A stretch of DNA of 64,000 bases, taken from the NCBI GenBank assembly GCA_965240325.2, contig OZ251248.1, forward strand, positions 248,001 to 312,000. The letters run 5' to 3'. How positions within the stretch are numbered: position 1 is the first letter of the stretch; the number at the start of each line of letters is the position of its first letter. Below the pieces are notes generated by a model, which saw only the letters and a program-made list of their open reading frames with translations, did not search any database and was not told the DNA's origin. Origin of the DNA: Rebecca billardiae RCC1528. Lineage: Eukaryota; Protista; Haptophyta. The position numbers and the translations under genes were made by a program. This document shows positions 36,387-48,855 of the stretch, piece by piece.

Positions 36387-38114
36387 TCAGTAGTGCTGAC
36401 ACCGAACACGAGTGACACGACAGCCTGGTGGGAGGGCGACGGGCACGACGCGCAGCAGCCCGTCGCTCGCGACATCATCCCCCAGATGGGCCCACAGGCT
36501 CTCACCAGTGAGCGCGTCCACGACCGCCCGCTCGCCGCACCGGATCTTCATGGCCTCATCAGGATGCCCTGTGGCTGGATCATGATGGTGCGGGCGCCCC
36601 CACCCGTCCGGAGCGCGGTGGGGCGGCCACGTGCGCTCGTGGGAGAAGATACCGAACGGGCCGCTTGTGACGTACTCGGACTCGTCTTCGGCCCCGGGCG
36701 CGTGCGGGTAGCTGATCTTCACACACGGCAGCAGCCCGCTCGAGTACGGGCCGGACTCGCCGAGCAGGAGGGTCCGCAGCCGGGGGCAGTGCACGGAGCC
36801 CACAAAGGTGTGCTTGCCGAGGCCCGTCAAGTCGAGCAGCTCGAGCGACGGCGAGCGAATCGTCAGCGGCTCGCGGTAGCCCAAGCACAGCTCGAGCGTG
36901 CGCAGGCTCGGCAGGTGCGGCACGGCCTCCTCCACCAGCGAGATGATCTCCGCGCCCACCACGTCTGCAACATCCCTGGGCGGCCTGTTGGTGATGCGCA
37001 GCCGGTGCAGCTGCTGCAGTGCGCTCAGCGCGTGCACAGCCTTGGCGTCCACGCGGTACACGTGCATGCCCCTGATGCCGCAGATGTCGAGCTCGCGCAG
37101 CGCGTGAGCGCGGCTTGCGAGAAGCGCGAGCAAGCTCGGCGGGCGGGCGCACAGCGCGAGCACACGCGCCGCGTGCGGCCCACACAGCCGCGCGAGCGGG
37201 CTTGCAGCCGCCACGGCGGGCGGCGCGCCTGGTTCCGGCAGGTCGACGTACTCGCGCATCGACCCCCCGCTGCCGGCGCTCACCCCGTCGAGGCACACCG
37301 GCGCCGTCCAGCTGCGCATCCCCTCGGCCGTGTCCGCGCCCCCGCTCACCTGCAGCTGCTGCGCCATGTGCAGCACGAGCTCCGCGCGCTGCAGGCCGCC
37401 CAGCTCGCACCGCTCGAGCAGCCAGCCGAGCAGCCCGGCCTCGGGCGTGCCAAAGTGGATGCGCAAGTGCTGGATGCGCGCGCCCACGCGGCCGAGGTGG
37501 AGCAGGAAGTGCAGCCCGTCGGCCGGGCGCACGGCCAGGAAGTCGGCGCTCGGCCACGCGCACGGCTGCAGGCCGGCGCGCCGGAGCTGCGTGCACGCTC
37601 CGGTCGCGCGCACCGCGGCGGTGGGCGAGTCACACAGCGCGAGCACGAGCGCGAGCAGCTCGATGCTCAGGCTGAGGAGCGTGGCTCCGGCCGGCGGAGC
37701 CACCTCGGCAGCAGCCGACGCCGGCGCCTCCGCAGCGGCCGGCGGAGCGGCCTCAGCAGCGGCCGGCGTGGCCAGCTGCGCGGTGGCCTGCGCAGCTGCG
37801 GGCGCGGCCGCCTCGACGCTCCAGTGGCCGGAGCGCCAACGGACGAGCTCGCCGTGCACGCACACGGTGACCCACCCGCCCGGCTGGTGCGCGGCCACGA
37901 TGCGCGCGCGCGCGCCGTCGAGCGCACGCCGTTTAGCCCCGATGCCCCGCAAAACGACAGCGGCGCCATCGGACACCGTGGCGGGGCGCCCGCCCGCCGG
38001 CCGCTCGCGCGCGGCGCGCCGAGCGCGCAGCACCGTCGCGAGGTAGCGATCGCGAAGCCCGGCGCGCCGCGCGGCGCGCTCGGCAGTGGTCGAAGGCGAC
38101 GCCGTGCTCGGCAT
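36387..38114 (-). CDS. F-box-like / leucine-rich-repeat protein
   Basis: 575-aa ORF with LLSLSIELLALVLALC (F-box-like) and LRR-like motifs LRELDICG, LHRLRIT, LPSLRTLELC, IRSPSLELLDL, CPRLRTLLL. Confidence 0.7.
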   Translation of the reverse strand: MPSTASPSTTAERAARRAGLRDRYLATVLRARRAARERPAGGRPATVSDGAAVVLRGIGAKRRALDGARARIVAAHQPGGWVTVCVHGELVRWRSGHWSVEAAAPAAAQATAQLATPAAAEAAPPAAAEAPASAAAEVAPPAGATLLSLSIELLALVLALCDSPTAAVRATGACTQLRRAGLQPCAWPSADFLAVRPADGLHFLLHLGRVGARIQHLRIHFGTPEAGLLGWLLERCELGGLQRAELVLHMAQQLQVSGGADTAEGMRSWTAPVCLDGVSAGSGGSMREYVDLPEPGAPPAVAAASPLARLCGPHAARVLALCARPPSLLALLASRAHALRELDICGIRGMHVYRVDAKAVHALSALQQLHRLRITNRPPRDVADVVGAEIISLVEEAVPHLPSLRTLELCLGYREPLTIRSPSLELLDLTGLGKHTFVGSVHCPRLRTLLLGESGPYSSGLLPCVKISYPHAPGAEDESEYVTSGPFGIFSHERTWPPHRAPDGWGRPHHHDPATGHPDEAMKIRCGERAVVDALTGESLWAHLGDDVASDGLLRVVPVALPPGCRVTRVRCQHY

Positions 38115-38598
38115 ACTGTAGCGCGAGCGAGATCAAGTGATCAACGTGAACGACGCGGGAGGTTGAAGGTGGTCGGGGGGTCCGGAGCCGGTCATCCAGG
38201 GTACTGCCGGAGGGTGCCTTCCTGATCTCAGCAAGATCTCCAAGATCAAGAGACGAACTGGCATGCCGCGCGCGATGCCGGATGCGCAGCTGGCATCCCC
38301 GCATCCCGTCGGCAGCGCGAGCGGTCGCACGCGCACGTCAACGTTTACGTGGGCAGCTAGGCATGATCTGCCGTTCGCAAATGCCTTCGCTCGTCGTCGG
38401 CCGTCCGGCGCTCCGGAAATAATGGCTAACTAAAACGAAGCAGGCGTGACTGGTGAGGCATGGCCAGCTGGCAGTGGCAGCTGTCAGTGTCAGACCTCAC
38501 GAGTCACGGCTCACCGACGACTCAGTGCCGCATCAGCTACTAGCTACTGTAGGGGCAGGGCTTGCGTCTCTTAGAACGCCGACTTCGTGTCGTCGACG

Positions 38599-38678
38599 AT
38601 CGGGCACTGCCGCCGACGAATCAGGAGACCCGCGTCGTCCTACCTGTGTCCTTTAAAAATCATAGAATGAGTAAACTG
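38599..38678 (-). repeat. Second family of solo TA-CAGTTTACT ends
   Basis: Ends GAGTAAACTG then TA; body shared with 6838-6908. Confidence 0.65.
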
Positions 38679-38686
38679 TAGTCTAC

Positions 38687-41600
38687 TTACATGGCATCGA
38701 GAATGGAGTTGATGGCTGCGCCCACGTCCCCGCCCGCCTTGGCCAGGTGCTCCTGCGCGACCGACTCGTCGATGTCGCCGACGACGGCCTGCGCGGGGAG
38801 GGCATCCGGGCACGGCCGTCCGGACGCAGGCGCGGCGGCGCGCCCAAAGCAGGTAGGTCAGCAGCGCCCGAGGCGAGATGGGAGGCACGCCCGGGCCACG
38901 TGCATGCGCGAGCGCCGGGTGGGCTGTGCGTGCGCGCGTGCACTTCTCGCGCCGCACCCGAATCTGAGACAGTTGCTCGGCGTTCACGCCGCCGCCGCCG
39001 CCGCCGGGCGCGGGCGGCGGCGCTGCGAACGGGTCGGCGCCGAAGGGCGTGCCGCCGTCTGCGCCGAACCCGCCGCCGCCGCCACCACCAAAGTCGGCTC
39101 CGCTGTCGCCAAACCCGGCGGCGGCGGCGCCGCCGAATCCCGTGGCCGCGTCGTCGCCAAAACCGGCGGCCGCCGCGCCGTCGCCAAAGCCTGCGGCGCC
39201 GTTGCCGAAGCCGCCGCCATCGCCAAAGCCGGCGCCGTCGCTGCCGAAGCCGCCATCGCTGCCGAAGCCGCCCGCGCCAGCGCCGTCGCCAAAGCCGGCG
39301 GCGGCCGCGCCGCCGCCAAAGCCAGCGGCCACGCCGCCGCCGTCTCCAAAGCCACCGCCGCTCTCCCCGAAGGTTGGCGGCGTCGCGTCCGCGCCGAAGC
39401 CGCCGTCGGCGGCTCCGAAGGGCGAGTCGGCTGCGTCCCCGAAGCCGGCCGCGCTGCCGCCGGGGCTCCCGAACCCGTCGGCGCCGCCAAAGCCGCCCGC
39501 CGCGCCCGCTCCAGCGGCGGGGCTCCCGAATGGGTCGCCAGCGCTCGCGGCCGCGCCGCCGCCCGTGGCCGAGCCCGCAGGGCTCCCGAGCTCGCCGGAG
39601 TCGAAGGAGGCGTCGGGGAAGGAGCCGTCGAAGCCCGAGGCGGAGTCGAACCGACCCACGCCCGGCTCGGCTTCGCCGTCGTCCGCGCCGCCGTCGAAGC
39701 CGCCCGCGCCGAAGACAGCCTCTGCGGGCTCCCCGCCGCCGCCGCCCGCTGAGGGACCAACACCACTTGGCGGCGTCGCATCGCCGTCGCCGCCGCCGCC
39801 AAACCCGCTGCCGTCGGGCGGGTCGGCATCGAAGCCGGGGCTCGGGTCGGTGCCGAAGCCCCCCGCGTCGAAGCCGCCCGCACTCGCGCCGTCAGCCGCG
39901 CCGCCGCCGCCGCCGAACCCACCGTCGGCGGGCTCGGCAGCGCCTGCGCCCACCGATTCTGCGAATGCGTCCGGAGCAGCGGCGCGCTCGGCCGCGCCCG
40001 TAGCGTCGAAGCCGCCGTCGCCGTCGCCGCCGCCGCTGCCCGCACTCGCCGAGCCGGCGACGTGCGGCGGGGGCGCGGCGGGGCTACCGCCGCCGAAGCC
40101 GTCGTCGCCGAACGGCGTGTCCGCGGCGCCCGCCCTGCGCGGCGAGGGCGCGGATTCCGCGTCCGCCGCGGCGGCGTGCACGGGCGGAGGCGGCGCGCCG
40201 CCCGCTGCACCCGGGCTGCCCGGCTGCGCCGCGAGGGCGCGCGCCTCATCAGCCAGCTCGCTCGCCGCTTGCCTCGCAGCGCCCTTGGCCTGCGTCGCCG
40301 CCGCCGCCCGCTCCCTCGCCGCCTGCACCTCCGCCTCGAGCGCGCTCCGCCGCTTCTCCTCCAGCGCAGCCTCATCCGCCGCCAGCCCTGCCTCCTCCCG
40401 AGCGTGCGCGAGCTCGGCGTCGAGGGCCGCCACGAGCCTTCGCGACTCGGCGATCGCGGCGTCGTGCCGCTCCTTCTCGAGCGCGGCGACGTGCAGCGCG
40501 GCGCGCGCCGCGTCCACGCGGGACTCCAGGCTCGCGCGCTCCTCGCCCTCCGAGCCACCGCCGGCGCGCGCCGCCTCAACCGCCGCACTCACTTCCGCCA
40601 GCTCGGCGCGCAGTCTGGCACACGCGCGCGCGTCGTCGAGCTCGGCGCGGCGCGCGCCGAGCTGCGCGGAGAGCTGCGCGGCGGACGCGGCCGCCTCGTC
40701 CTCCTGCGCCCGGAGCTCGGCGAGCTCCGCCTCGACGACCGCGAGCTCGGCGCGCAGGCCCGCGGCCGTGTGACCGCCCGCGCCGCCAGCGCCGCCGCCC
40801 GCGCGCTCGAGCGCCGCCGCGCGCAGCCGGGCCGCCTCCTGGCGCGCCGCGGCAAGCTGCGCGGCTACCGACTGCAACTCGGCGACGGCGGCGCTCGCCG
40901 GTCGGTCCGCCGCCGTCTCCGCCTCGAGGAGCGACGAGAGCTCGGACTTGATCTCGGCCTGCGCGGCGCGGCACGGCGCGGCGTGCAGCGCGGGGGCGAG
41001 CGCACACGCGGGCAGCGAGCGAGCGAACACGCAGGCAGCGAGCCGGGTGCCGCGCACCCAAACCGCGGGGGAGTGTGCGAGGATCAGCCGGGCGCACGCG
41101 GCGGCGGTGCCGCGCGGTCTTGCGCGTGCGCACACGCGCGCACCAGCTCCGCCGTGGCCCGCTCGAGCTGCGCGCGCACGTCCGCCTCAGCCATCACGCC
41201 GGCGTGCGCGCGGCTGCGTGCCAACTCCGCTTCCGCTGAGAACGCCCCCAGCGCGGCGCGCGTGCGCTCGAGCTCGTCGCGAGCGGCGGCGGAGGCTTCC
41301 GACTCGGCCGCGGCGGAGCGTGGCGCGGAGCCCGAGTCGCTGGCGGGGCCGGCGGCGCTCATCGCGGGCGTGGGGGCCAGCCCCTCGCCAAAGGCGGGCG
41401 GCGGCTTGGGCGGCGACGGCACTGCGCCCTTTCGCCCAGGCCGCGCGCGAGCCGCGCCGCCGCTGCCGGCGCCAGCCCCGCCGCCGCCCGGCGGCGGCGA
41501 GACCGCCGCCGCCGAGGGCTGCGGCGGCGGCTGCTCGCGCTCCTGCGGCGACTCCAGAAACCCCGAGCCGAAGGACATCCGGAGCCCGTCCAAGTCGCGC

Positions 41601-44140
41601 GCCTCCTGCGCGGCCGAGCCTTCTGGAGCGCCCGCTCGCGCGGGCTCGTCGGCAAAGCTGAGGTCGGCGCCGAAGCCGCCAGTCTCCAGAGGGGGCCTCG
41701 CGCCGCCGCCGCCTCCGCCGAAGCCGCCGCTGTCGCCGTCGCCGCCGAACGACGCATCGCCGCCGCCAAACCCCGCGTCGGCCCCGAAGCCGCCGTCGCC
41801 GGCTGCGGCCGGCTGCGCGCCACTGCCCCCAAACTCATCAGCACCGCCGCCCCCGAAGCCGCTGCCAAAATCGCCGCCGCTGCCGTCGCCGCCGAATCCG
41901 TCTGCGCCGGCGGCCCCTGCGCCAAAGCCGCCCGCGGCGCCAAAGTCGCCGCCGCTGCCGCCGCCGAACATGGACGCATCAAGCATGCCTGTACTGCTGC
42001 CGCCGCCGCCGACGCTGCCGCCGCCGCCGCCGCTGCCGCCGCCGCCGACGCTGCCGCTGCCATCGCCCGCGCTGGCGCGGTCGGCCTGCGCGTCGGCCGG
42101 GCCCGGCGCATCGGCGCTGGCCGGCTCGGCGGCGTCGGCGCCGCCGCTGAACATCGCCGCGTCGAGGGGCGCGCTGCCGCCACCGAAGCCACCGCCACCG
42201 AAGCCGCCGCCACCGTCGTGGGCCTCTGCAGCGGCGCCCGCCGCCGCGTCGCCGCCAAAGCCAGCGCCGCCGCCAAAGCCATCGCCGAAGCCGCCGCCGA
42301 AGCCACCGCTGCCGCCGTCGCTGCCGCCGCCGAACTGCGCCGTCGATGCCTCCACGCCGCCCTCGGCGCCGCTCGGCTGCGCCGTCGGCGCCGCCTGCGC
42401 GGCGCCGCCATCGCCAAAGGCCGCGCCGTCAAAGCTCGCGCCGAACCCGCCGCCACCGTCTGCGCCGCCGTCGCCGCCCGGCTGGGCGCCAAAGCCGGCG
42501 GGCTGGGCAGCGTCGGGCGGCTGCGCTGGCTCGGCGGCAGGCTCCGCACCAAACATCGCCGGGTCGAGCGCGGACCTGCTCGTCGAGCCCGACACCGCGC
42601 ACGCCGCGGCCGAGGCCGGCTCGGCCGTCGGCGGCGCGGGCTGCGCCGTCGGCTGCTTCGAGGCTTCGGGCGGCGCGGGCTCGGCGTGCGCGGCACCATC
42701 CACGCTGCCGCCGTGCTCGCTGCCCGCGGCGCTGCCCTCCCCGGCGCTGCCGCCCGTCCGCCCGACCTCCGAGCCCGGGCCACTGCCCGACAGCCCGTGG
42801 CTGCCAGGGCCGGTGGCCGCGCCGGCCGCGCCGCCCTGCGCCAGCACTGGCGGCAGCGCCTGCGGCACGGGCGTGCCGCGCGCGCCGCGCATGGCGAGGT
42901 GCATCGCCACGCGGAACTCCGCGCGCGTCAGCCGGCCGTCGCGGTCCATGTCGGACATCTGCCAGATCCGGCTGAGGTCCTCCTTGGGCAGCCCCGACTT
43001 TGCGAGCAGCGGCGCCGCCTGCGCGCCGCTGAGCACGCCCGAGCCCTGCGCGTCCAGCTTGGCGAAGTAACCGTCGTACTGCGCGGCGTCTGAGGCGGAG
43101 ATGGCCCACGGGTCGGCGGGGCGCGGCGAGCTCGCCGCCGAGCCGCTGTGCACCGAGCTCGCCGCCGAGGCCTGCGCGGGCTGCGGCGAGTGCGACGCAA
43201 GGCTGCCCGCACCTGGGCTTGGTGCCACGCCGGCGCTCCCGCCGCCAGGGCCGGCCGGCGTGGCGGCCGCGGGCTGCGGCTGCTGGTCGGTGGAGGAGGT
43301 GCGGCTCTGCGCGGGCGAGGCGGCGTCGGGCCTCGGCGGCGTGGCGTGCGCACCGCCGCCAGCCGCCGCGCCGCCCTGCGCGAGCACCGGCGGCAGCGAC
43401 TGCGGCACAGGCATGCCACGCGCGCCGCGCATGGCGAGGTGCATCGCCACGCGGAACTCCGCGGGCGTCAGCCGGCCGTCGCGGTCCATGTCGGACAGGT
43501 GCCAGATCCGGCTGAGGTCCTCCTTGGGCAGCCCCGACTTGGAGAGCAGCGTCGCCGCCTGCGCGCCCGAGAGGAAGCCCGAGCCCTGAGCGTCCAGCTT
43601 GGCAAAGTAACCGTCGTACTGCGCGGCCTCCGCGGCAGACATGGCCCACGGGTCGGCGGCGGAGGCCGCCGAGGCGCTCGAGGCGACGGAGCCGGTGGAG
43701 GGCGTGCGCGTGTAGCTCGGCGCGGATCCGCCCGCGGAGCCCGCCGCTGGCCCCGCGGCCGCGGCCGCGGCAGCGCCCGCGTGGTGGCCGCTGCCAGCTG
43801 CCGAGCTCGCGCCCGACGCGCGCGAGGAAGCGTCGCTGCCGCGCTGCGAGGCGGGAGCTTCGGCGGCGAGCTCGGGCGGCAGCGCGACGGGGATCGGCGC
43901 GCCCCGCGCGCCGTGCATCGCCAGGTGCATCGCGATGCGGAACTCGCCCGGCACGAGCCTGCCGTCGCGGTCGACGTCGGACATCTGCCAGATCCGGCTG
44001 AGGTCCTCCTTGGGCAGCCCCGACTTGGCGAGCAGCGGCGCAGCCTGCGCGCCGGTGAGCACGCCCGCGCCCTGCGCGTCCAGCTTGGCGAAGTAGCCGT
44101 CGTACTGCGCGGCCTCCGCCGCGGAGATCTGCCACGACAT
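38687..44140 (-). CDS. Ede1/Eps15-like endocytic adaptor: 3 EH domains, GGF/DPF-rich region, coiled coil, C-terminal UBA-like domain
   Basis: Three WxISA..QYDGYFAKLD..SGLPKEDLSRIW.SDxDRDGRL..EFRVAMHL units. Exons 44140-41144, 40958-38958 and 38788-38687, the last encoding AQEHLAKAGGDVGAAINSIL. Confidence 0.9.
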
Positions 44141-44218
44141 CGCCTCGGGACGCTGGAGACAGCTCGGCGTCGGGATGCAGGGGCGGTGCCGGCAGTCCGG
44201 TGCGAGCCCAAGCGGGCG

Positions 44219-44890
44219 ATGGCTGCTGGCACCCAGCGCCTCCCGCTCGTGCTCGTGGTGGCCGTGGCTGCGGCGGCGCCGCCACCTGAGCCGGTCGGTG
44301 GCCGACGGCTCCAAGAGCTCACGCCCTGCCAGTCGTGTTGCCAGCCCGGCGGCAGCTGCCTGCGCGCGTTCAAAGGCGAGGACGGCGTGTGCTGCGGCCT
44401 TGACGGGCAAAGCGCCTACTGCTGCCCATGGCCGCCGACCGAGTACGCGTGCGTCCGGTGCATTTCCGGGTACAAGTGTGCGCGCGCTGGCGCAGTCCGG
44501 TCGTGGTCGGACGCGAACCGGGTCTGCATGGACCGCGGGGGCGCGCCGCAGCAGTACGGCGGCCATCGCAGCTTCCACCACCGCGGCGGTCGCACGCACT
44601 ACCACGGGGGCGGACTCGGGCGCTACGGCCACTTTGGACTCGCACGGCGCGAGGCAGCACCGCTCGAAGGGCGTGTCGCGACGGCGGCGTTTCCGCGGCC
44701 TACCAGTCGCCTATGGCTGGCTGCGCTCGGCGGGCTCCTGGTCTTCGCCATCGCAAGTCTGGGCGGCATCATCACGCTCAGGGGGCGGCAGGCAGCGATC
44801 TTTGGACGGACCAGCAGCCTAGAGAGCGCGCGCCGGCCGATGCCCGATCCTGGCCGCCGCCCACCTGACGGAGCGATGGTGAACAGGTGA
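44219..44890 (+). CDS. Small Cys-rich single-pass membrane protein
   Basis: Signal-like LPLVLVVAVAAAA, a Cys-rich domain (CQSCC..C..CCG..YCCP..CVRC..C) and a TM segment WLAALGGLLVFAIASLGGII. Confidence 0.65.
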   Translation: MAAGTQRLPLVLVVAVAAAAPPPEPVGGRRLQELTPCQSCCQPGGSCLRAFKGEDGVCCGLDGQSAYCCPWPPTEYACVRCISGYKCARAGAVRSWSDANRVCMDRGGAPQQYGGHRSFHHRGGRTHYHGGGLGRYGHFGLARREAAPLEGRVATAAFPRPTSRLWLAALGGLLVFAIASLGGIITLRGRQAAIFGRTSSLESARRPMPDPGRRPPDGAMVNR

Positions 44891-45133
44891 TATGCGCTGT
44901 CGACGTGCGGACCGAGGACGGCAGCGCTCGAGACGTATCGCCCGCGCGGCCGCCCGAGAGGTGATGCGAGAACGCTCGCGAGTCCGAGTGCTGCTGGCCG
45001 GCGTCCCGACGGCGGGCGACGGCAGACCATGAGGCACCGGCCGCCGGCGGCCCTGCGGTCCGCCTGACTCCTTCGTCCTCGGACGCTGCAGCATGCCACG
45101 CAGCATACTACTAGGTACTTCTGACAGAGTAGT

Positions 45134-45136
<3 letters not shown>

Positions 45137-45215
<79 letters not shown>
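45137..45215. repeat. (TA)n microsatellite
   Basis: About 39 AT units. Confidence 0.95.
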
Positions 45216-45216
<1 letters not shown>

Positions 45217-45781
45217 CGCACATCAAATAACTGCTGATGATAATATATAAATATATTACCGACGTGGTATGAAATATATATAGTATATATATGGTAACAT
45301 ACTATATTTATAATAATATTATAATACTGATTAAACTAGTATGTTACCATATATATACTCCATATGCATGATGATGATGCTGATGACGGATTGATGTATA
45401 CGGTACGCGGCTGCTACTACTACATCACTGAATAATAACGTCGTGATGATGATGCCCAACGACCGTACGACTGCTGCGCGTGCTGAAGCCGAGCAGCGCC
45501 AGTGTGATAAGTTATGACGACAACCGCGCCACCGGCACTCGGCGCCGCGGGCGCCGGGGCGCGGCGCGACGACGCCACCCGCATCGCGTCGGCGCGTCGC
45601 GCGGGCCCGCGAGCACTCCACGAGCAGACCGCCTCGGCCTGCGCAGTCCGAGACTCGCGGGCCGCGGCGGTCGCTCGCGCGGATCGGAATCGTAGTGCGC
45701 GGCTCACTGTCAGTTGTCATCGCGTGTGATCCGGCAGCAGTTAGTGTATAGACGAATTGTCGTCCATCCGGCGTACAGATA

Positions 45782-45956
45782 CAGTTTACTAAGAATAAGA
45801 GACGCACACAGCTCAGGCAGGCGAGATTGACGCCCGCCAACTGTCACCGCCCATGAAGCCGTCGCCGATGGTAGCGCCGCCGGAAAAATTCGTTCAGCCG
45901 TCCGCCTGCGAGGCCTGGATGAGGGCTGCGGCCGCCTCGCGGCGCGCCAGCGCCCG
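45782..45956 (+). repeat. Solo TA-CAGTTTACT transposon end
   Basis: TA CAGTTTACTAAGAATAAGAGACGCAC...; shared with 18486, 24891 and 31060. Confidence 0.8.
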
Positions 45957-46657
45957 TCGTCCTCGCCCCACCGTCGTCCACAAAACGTCGTCGTCCGAAC
46001 TCGCCGACTGGGCGCCGATGCGACAGCGCGCCGACAGGATGAGGATGTAGTAGGGAATGTAGAGCCCCACTGTCGGTTGGGGAAGGTGTGTATCAAGCGG
46101 CACCGGCTCGGCTTACCGGGATGCGGTCTGCTTTTAGAACTCTGTTAGTCTGTACTTAACTAGTTGAGAATTAGACGGTACCGTAATATTCCGACTTAAT
46201 GACGCGGGAGTATTAGTATAATGACTAATGTATATTCGTGAGTCGGCGACGAGGCGACTGCCTGAGTGCCGAGGCCGGCCAGTGGCCGAGGGGCGCGGGC
46301 GCGGTGACTGACGACGCCTCGACGTGTCAGAGGTGGCTGGTGGCCTGGTGGGTGCGCCGTCAGTCAGTCCTGATCGCAGGCTGCGCTGCGGCCCGTTCCG
46401 GAACTGCGAGCCAGCCGTGAGCCGCCTCGGTGCTGCGCCGCAGCCATGCCGTCGTCGTCGAGCAGATCCTCACCACGATGCTGATGATGATGCCGACGGC
46501 GACGATGGGGCGCGGATGGCGCTGCCTGCGGAGTCACCAGGCAGCCGCCTCCTGAGGAGCCAGCCACCGCCGCGCTGCAAATGTCAAGCTCGCCACCGCC
46601 ACCAGCGGCGGCGAGCGCCGGTTCCGCAGAGCCGCGCGGAGGCGGCGTGCCGCCGGC

Positions 46658-47974
46658 TCACACGTCGGGGTCGGCGGCGAAGGAGAATATTTGGTGCTGG
46701 AACGTGATCAGCACGCCCATGAGCAGCGAGACGCCCGAGACGAGGAGCAGCACCGACGTCTTCGTCATGTACAGCATCGCGCGCGACGAAACCGAGGTGC
46801 CCAGCACCACGCATGGCAGGACCAGGGCCGCGTATGGAATCAGGTGGCTGCCCACGCCGAGCGGTCTCCTGACGAAGGAGAGGAGCAGGCCGGTGCACAC
46901 CGACGCCATCATCATGCACCCCGTCCCCGTCACGAGCGGCAGGTCGTCGTTGTGGAACAGCGCCAGGATCACCGAGACGAAAATCACGCCGCCGCCGAAA
47001 TAAAGAATGCCTCCGAGCACGCCGCAAAGAATGACCACCAGGGTGCACAGCCCGAGCTTGGTGCGCAGCGCGGCGGGCGAGAGGTGGGCGCGGTGCGCCT
47101 CGATGATCGGCGAGTCGAGCATCGCGTGCGCCGTCTGCACCATCCACGCGAACGCGGGCGACGCCGCGCGCGTCGTCCACACCCCCGACACGTGGTCTAA
47201 GTTGTCGCCGAGATCGCGATCTGGCGAGGAGCGCCGATGGCTCACGCTGCGCTCGCCCGAGGCGGGCGCGGCGGAGACGGGCGTGGCCGAGCTCGAGCCC
47301 GAGCCGGTGCCCGTCGAGCCGCTCAGCCCAGCCGCGAGTGCGCCCCCCTCTTCGTCGCTGAGCCCCTGCGGCGGCGGGCGCAGCAGCCGACGCGCAGCAC
47401 GCGCGGCGGGCGCAGGCCATCAGCCCGTGGGCGGCCGCGGCCGGCGCGCGCGCGGTCCCGGCTCGCGCGCGCGCGAGCGCGCGCGAGGGCTCGCGCGACG
47501 CACCGACACTCGCTTGCCCCACTTCCCGTTCCCGTCGGCGGGCGGCGCGCTCGCCGCCGCCGCCGCCGCGCGCTCCTCCTCCTTGAGCGAGCGGCGCGCC
47601 TTTGCCAAGAACGCGAGGAAGTACAGAAACGGAATGTAACCGACGGTGCCCTTGAGCAGCTTCTGGTGTCTCAAGAGGATGCCCTCGCCGAGCTTGGCCG
47701 AGGTGAAGGCGATCGCCCCGCACAGCGGGCCGAAGCGCAGCACGAACCCCGTGTCGACGCGCCCCTTGCGGATGTACAGTGCGACAAGCGCAAGCGAGCC
47801 TGAGAGATCCATCAGGACTGTGAGGAAGAGGGCGTCGAAGACGTGGAACTGGAAGAGGTTGAGGAGGAGCGGCACGGCGAGGTTCCAGCACGTGAAGCCC
47901 ACCGTCGCGAGCGCGAAGCCCATCACCATCGACGTGGGCACCATGACGAACGCGAACGCTTGCAGCATGGCCAT
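46658..47974 (-). CDS. TauE/SafE (TSUP) family membrane transporter, spliced
   Basis: Two hydrophobic halves (MGFALATVGFTCWNLAVPLL.. and CGVLGGILYFGGGVIFVSVIL..VTGTG) in different frames, separated by a GC-rich intron near 47370-47510. Confidence 0.7.
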
Positions 47975-48855
47975 CCGTGGCGACTGGAGCGGTGGCCGCT
48001 GCAATGGGGACGTGAATCTGAATCTGGAGATCCACCGGATCGCACCGGGGAGTCCGGGAGTGGCGGGAAAATCCCTAACCACTAACCAGAGCCGTCCGTC
48101 TGTACGTCCGGTGCTGCCTCATGAGTCGCCGGATCGTGCGGTGAGCTGTCGACCCCGCCCGGCGCGCGCCCGTGAGGCGCCCGCTGCGGGAGTCCATGCG
48201 ACTGCATGCTCCCGGCTGGCGGTGCCTGCGCCGTCGCTTCATCGCACCGGAGGTGCTGCAAGGGCAAGACGCGGGCTTCCTGAAGAGATAACATACATGC
48301 CAGCCCCATGCGCACCGTTCAAGGCACGGCTCAAGCGCATGTCGTGGACAGAAGCGGACGCGGGAGGCAACGTTTGGCTTTCTCGGCCCGGGTGGCAGTC
48401 GAGTAGTGCTCAGAAACGGAGAAGAGGCTGAGGCGGCACGTTTCTGCGGAGCCGGATGTCCTTTGAGCGGTTCTTCCCAGGATGGCCGCGGTGCACCGTC
48501 GCCACGGCCGTGTCAGCCGCCGCAGACGAGCGCGTGCGACGGGTGCCGCGACGGGGCTTGTCGCTCATCTTGCAGCGGGGCGCACTGCGCGCCACTGTGT
48601 CCGGGAAGGGTTATGCGGACCGAGTGTCCGAGACTCCGAGTCCGCATTGCTTACTGTAACTCCGCCCCGGACCGTGTGTGAGTTAGCTCGGGTCGCCTGA
48701 ACGGGGGCCTGGTGACTGGTGAGCGAGCAGCAGACTTCGTCACAGACTCAGTGACTGTGAGTTTCTGTTTCTCGCCCGTGCCCGCTGAGCTGTGCTATGT
48801 GTCAGTGTGTGCGTCTCGTCTTCTTATTCGTACTACTAGTAGTATGTCGGTAAAC

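Noticed and set aside
39049-43070. Long plus-strand Pro/Lys-rich ORFs (574 and 1002 aa)
   Set aside because: Antisense shadows of the Gly/Phe-rich EH-domain gene in high-GC DNA.
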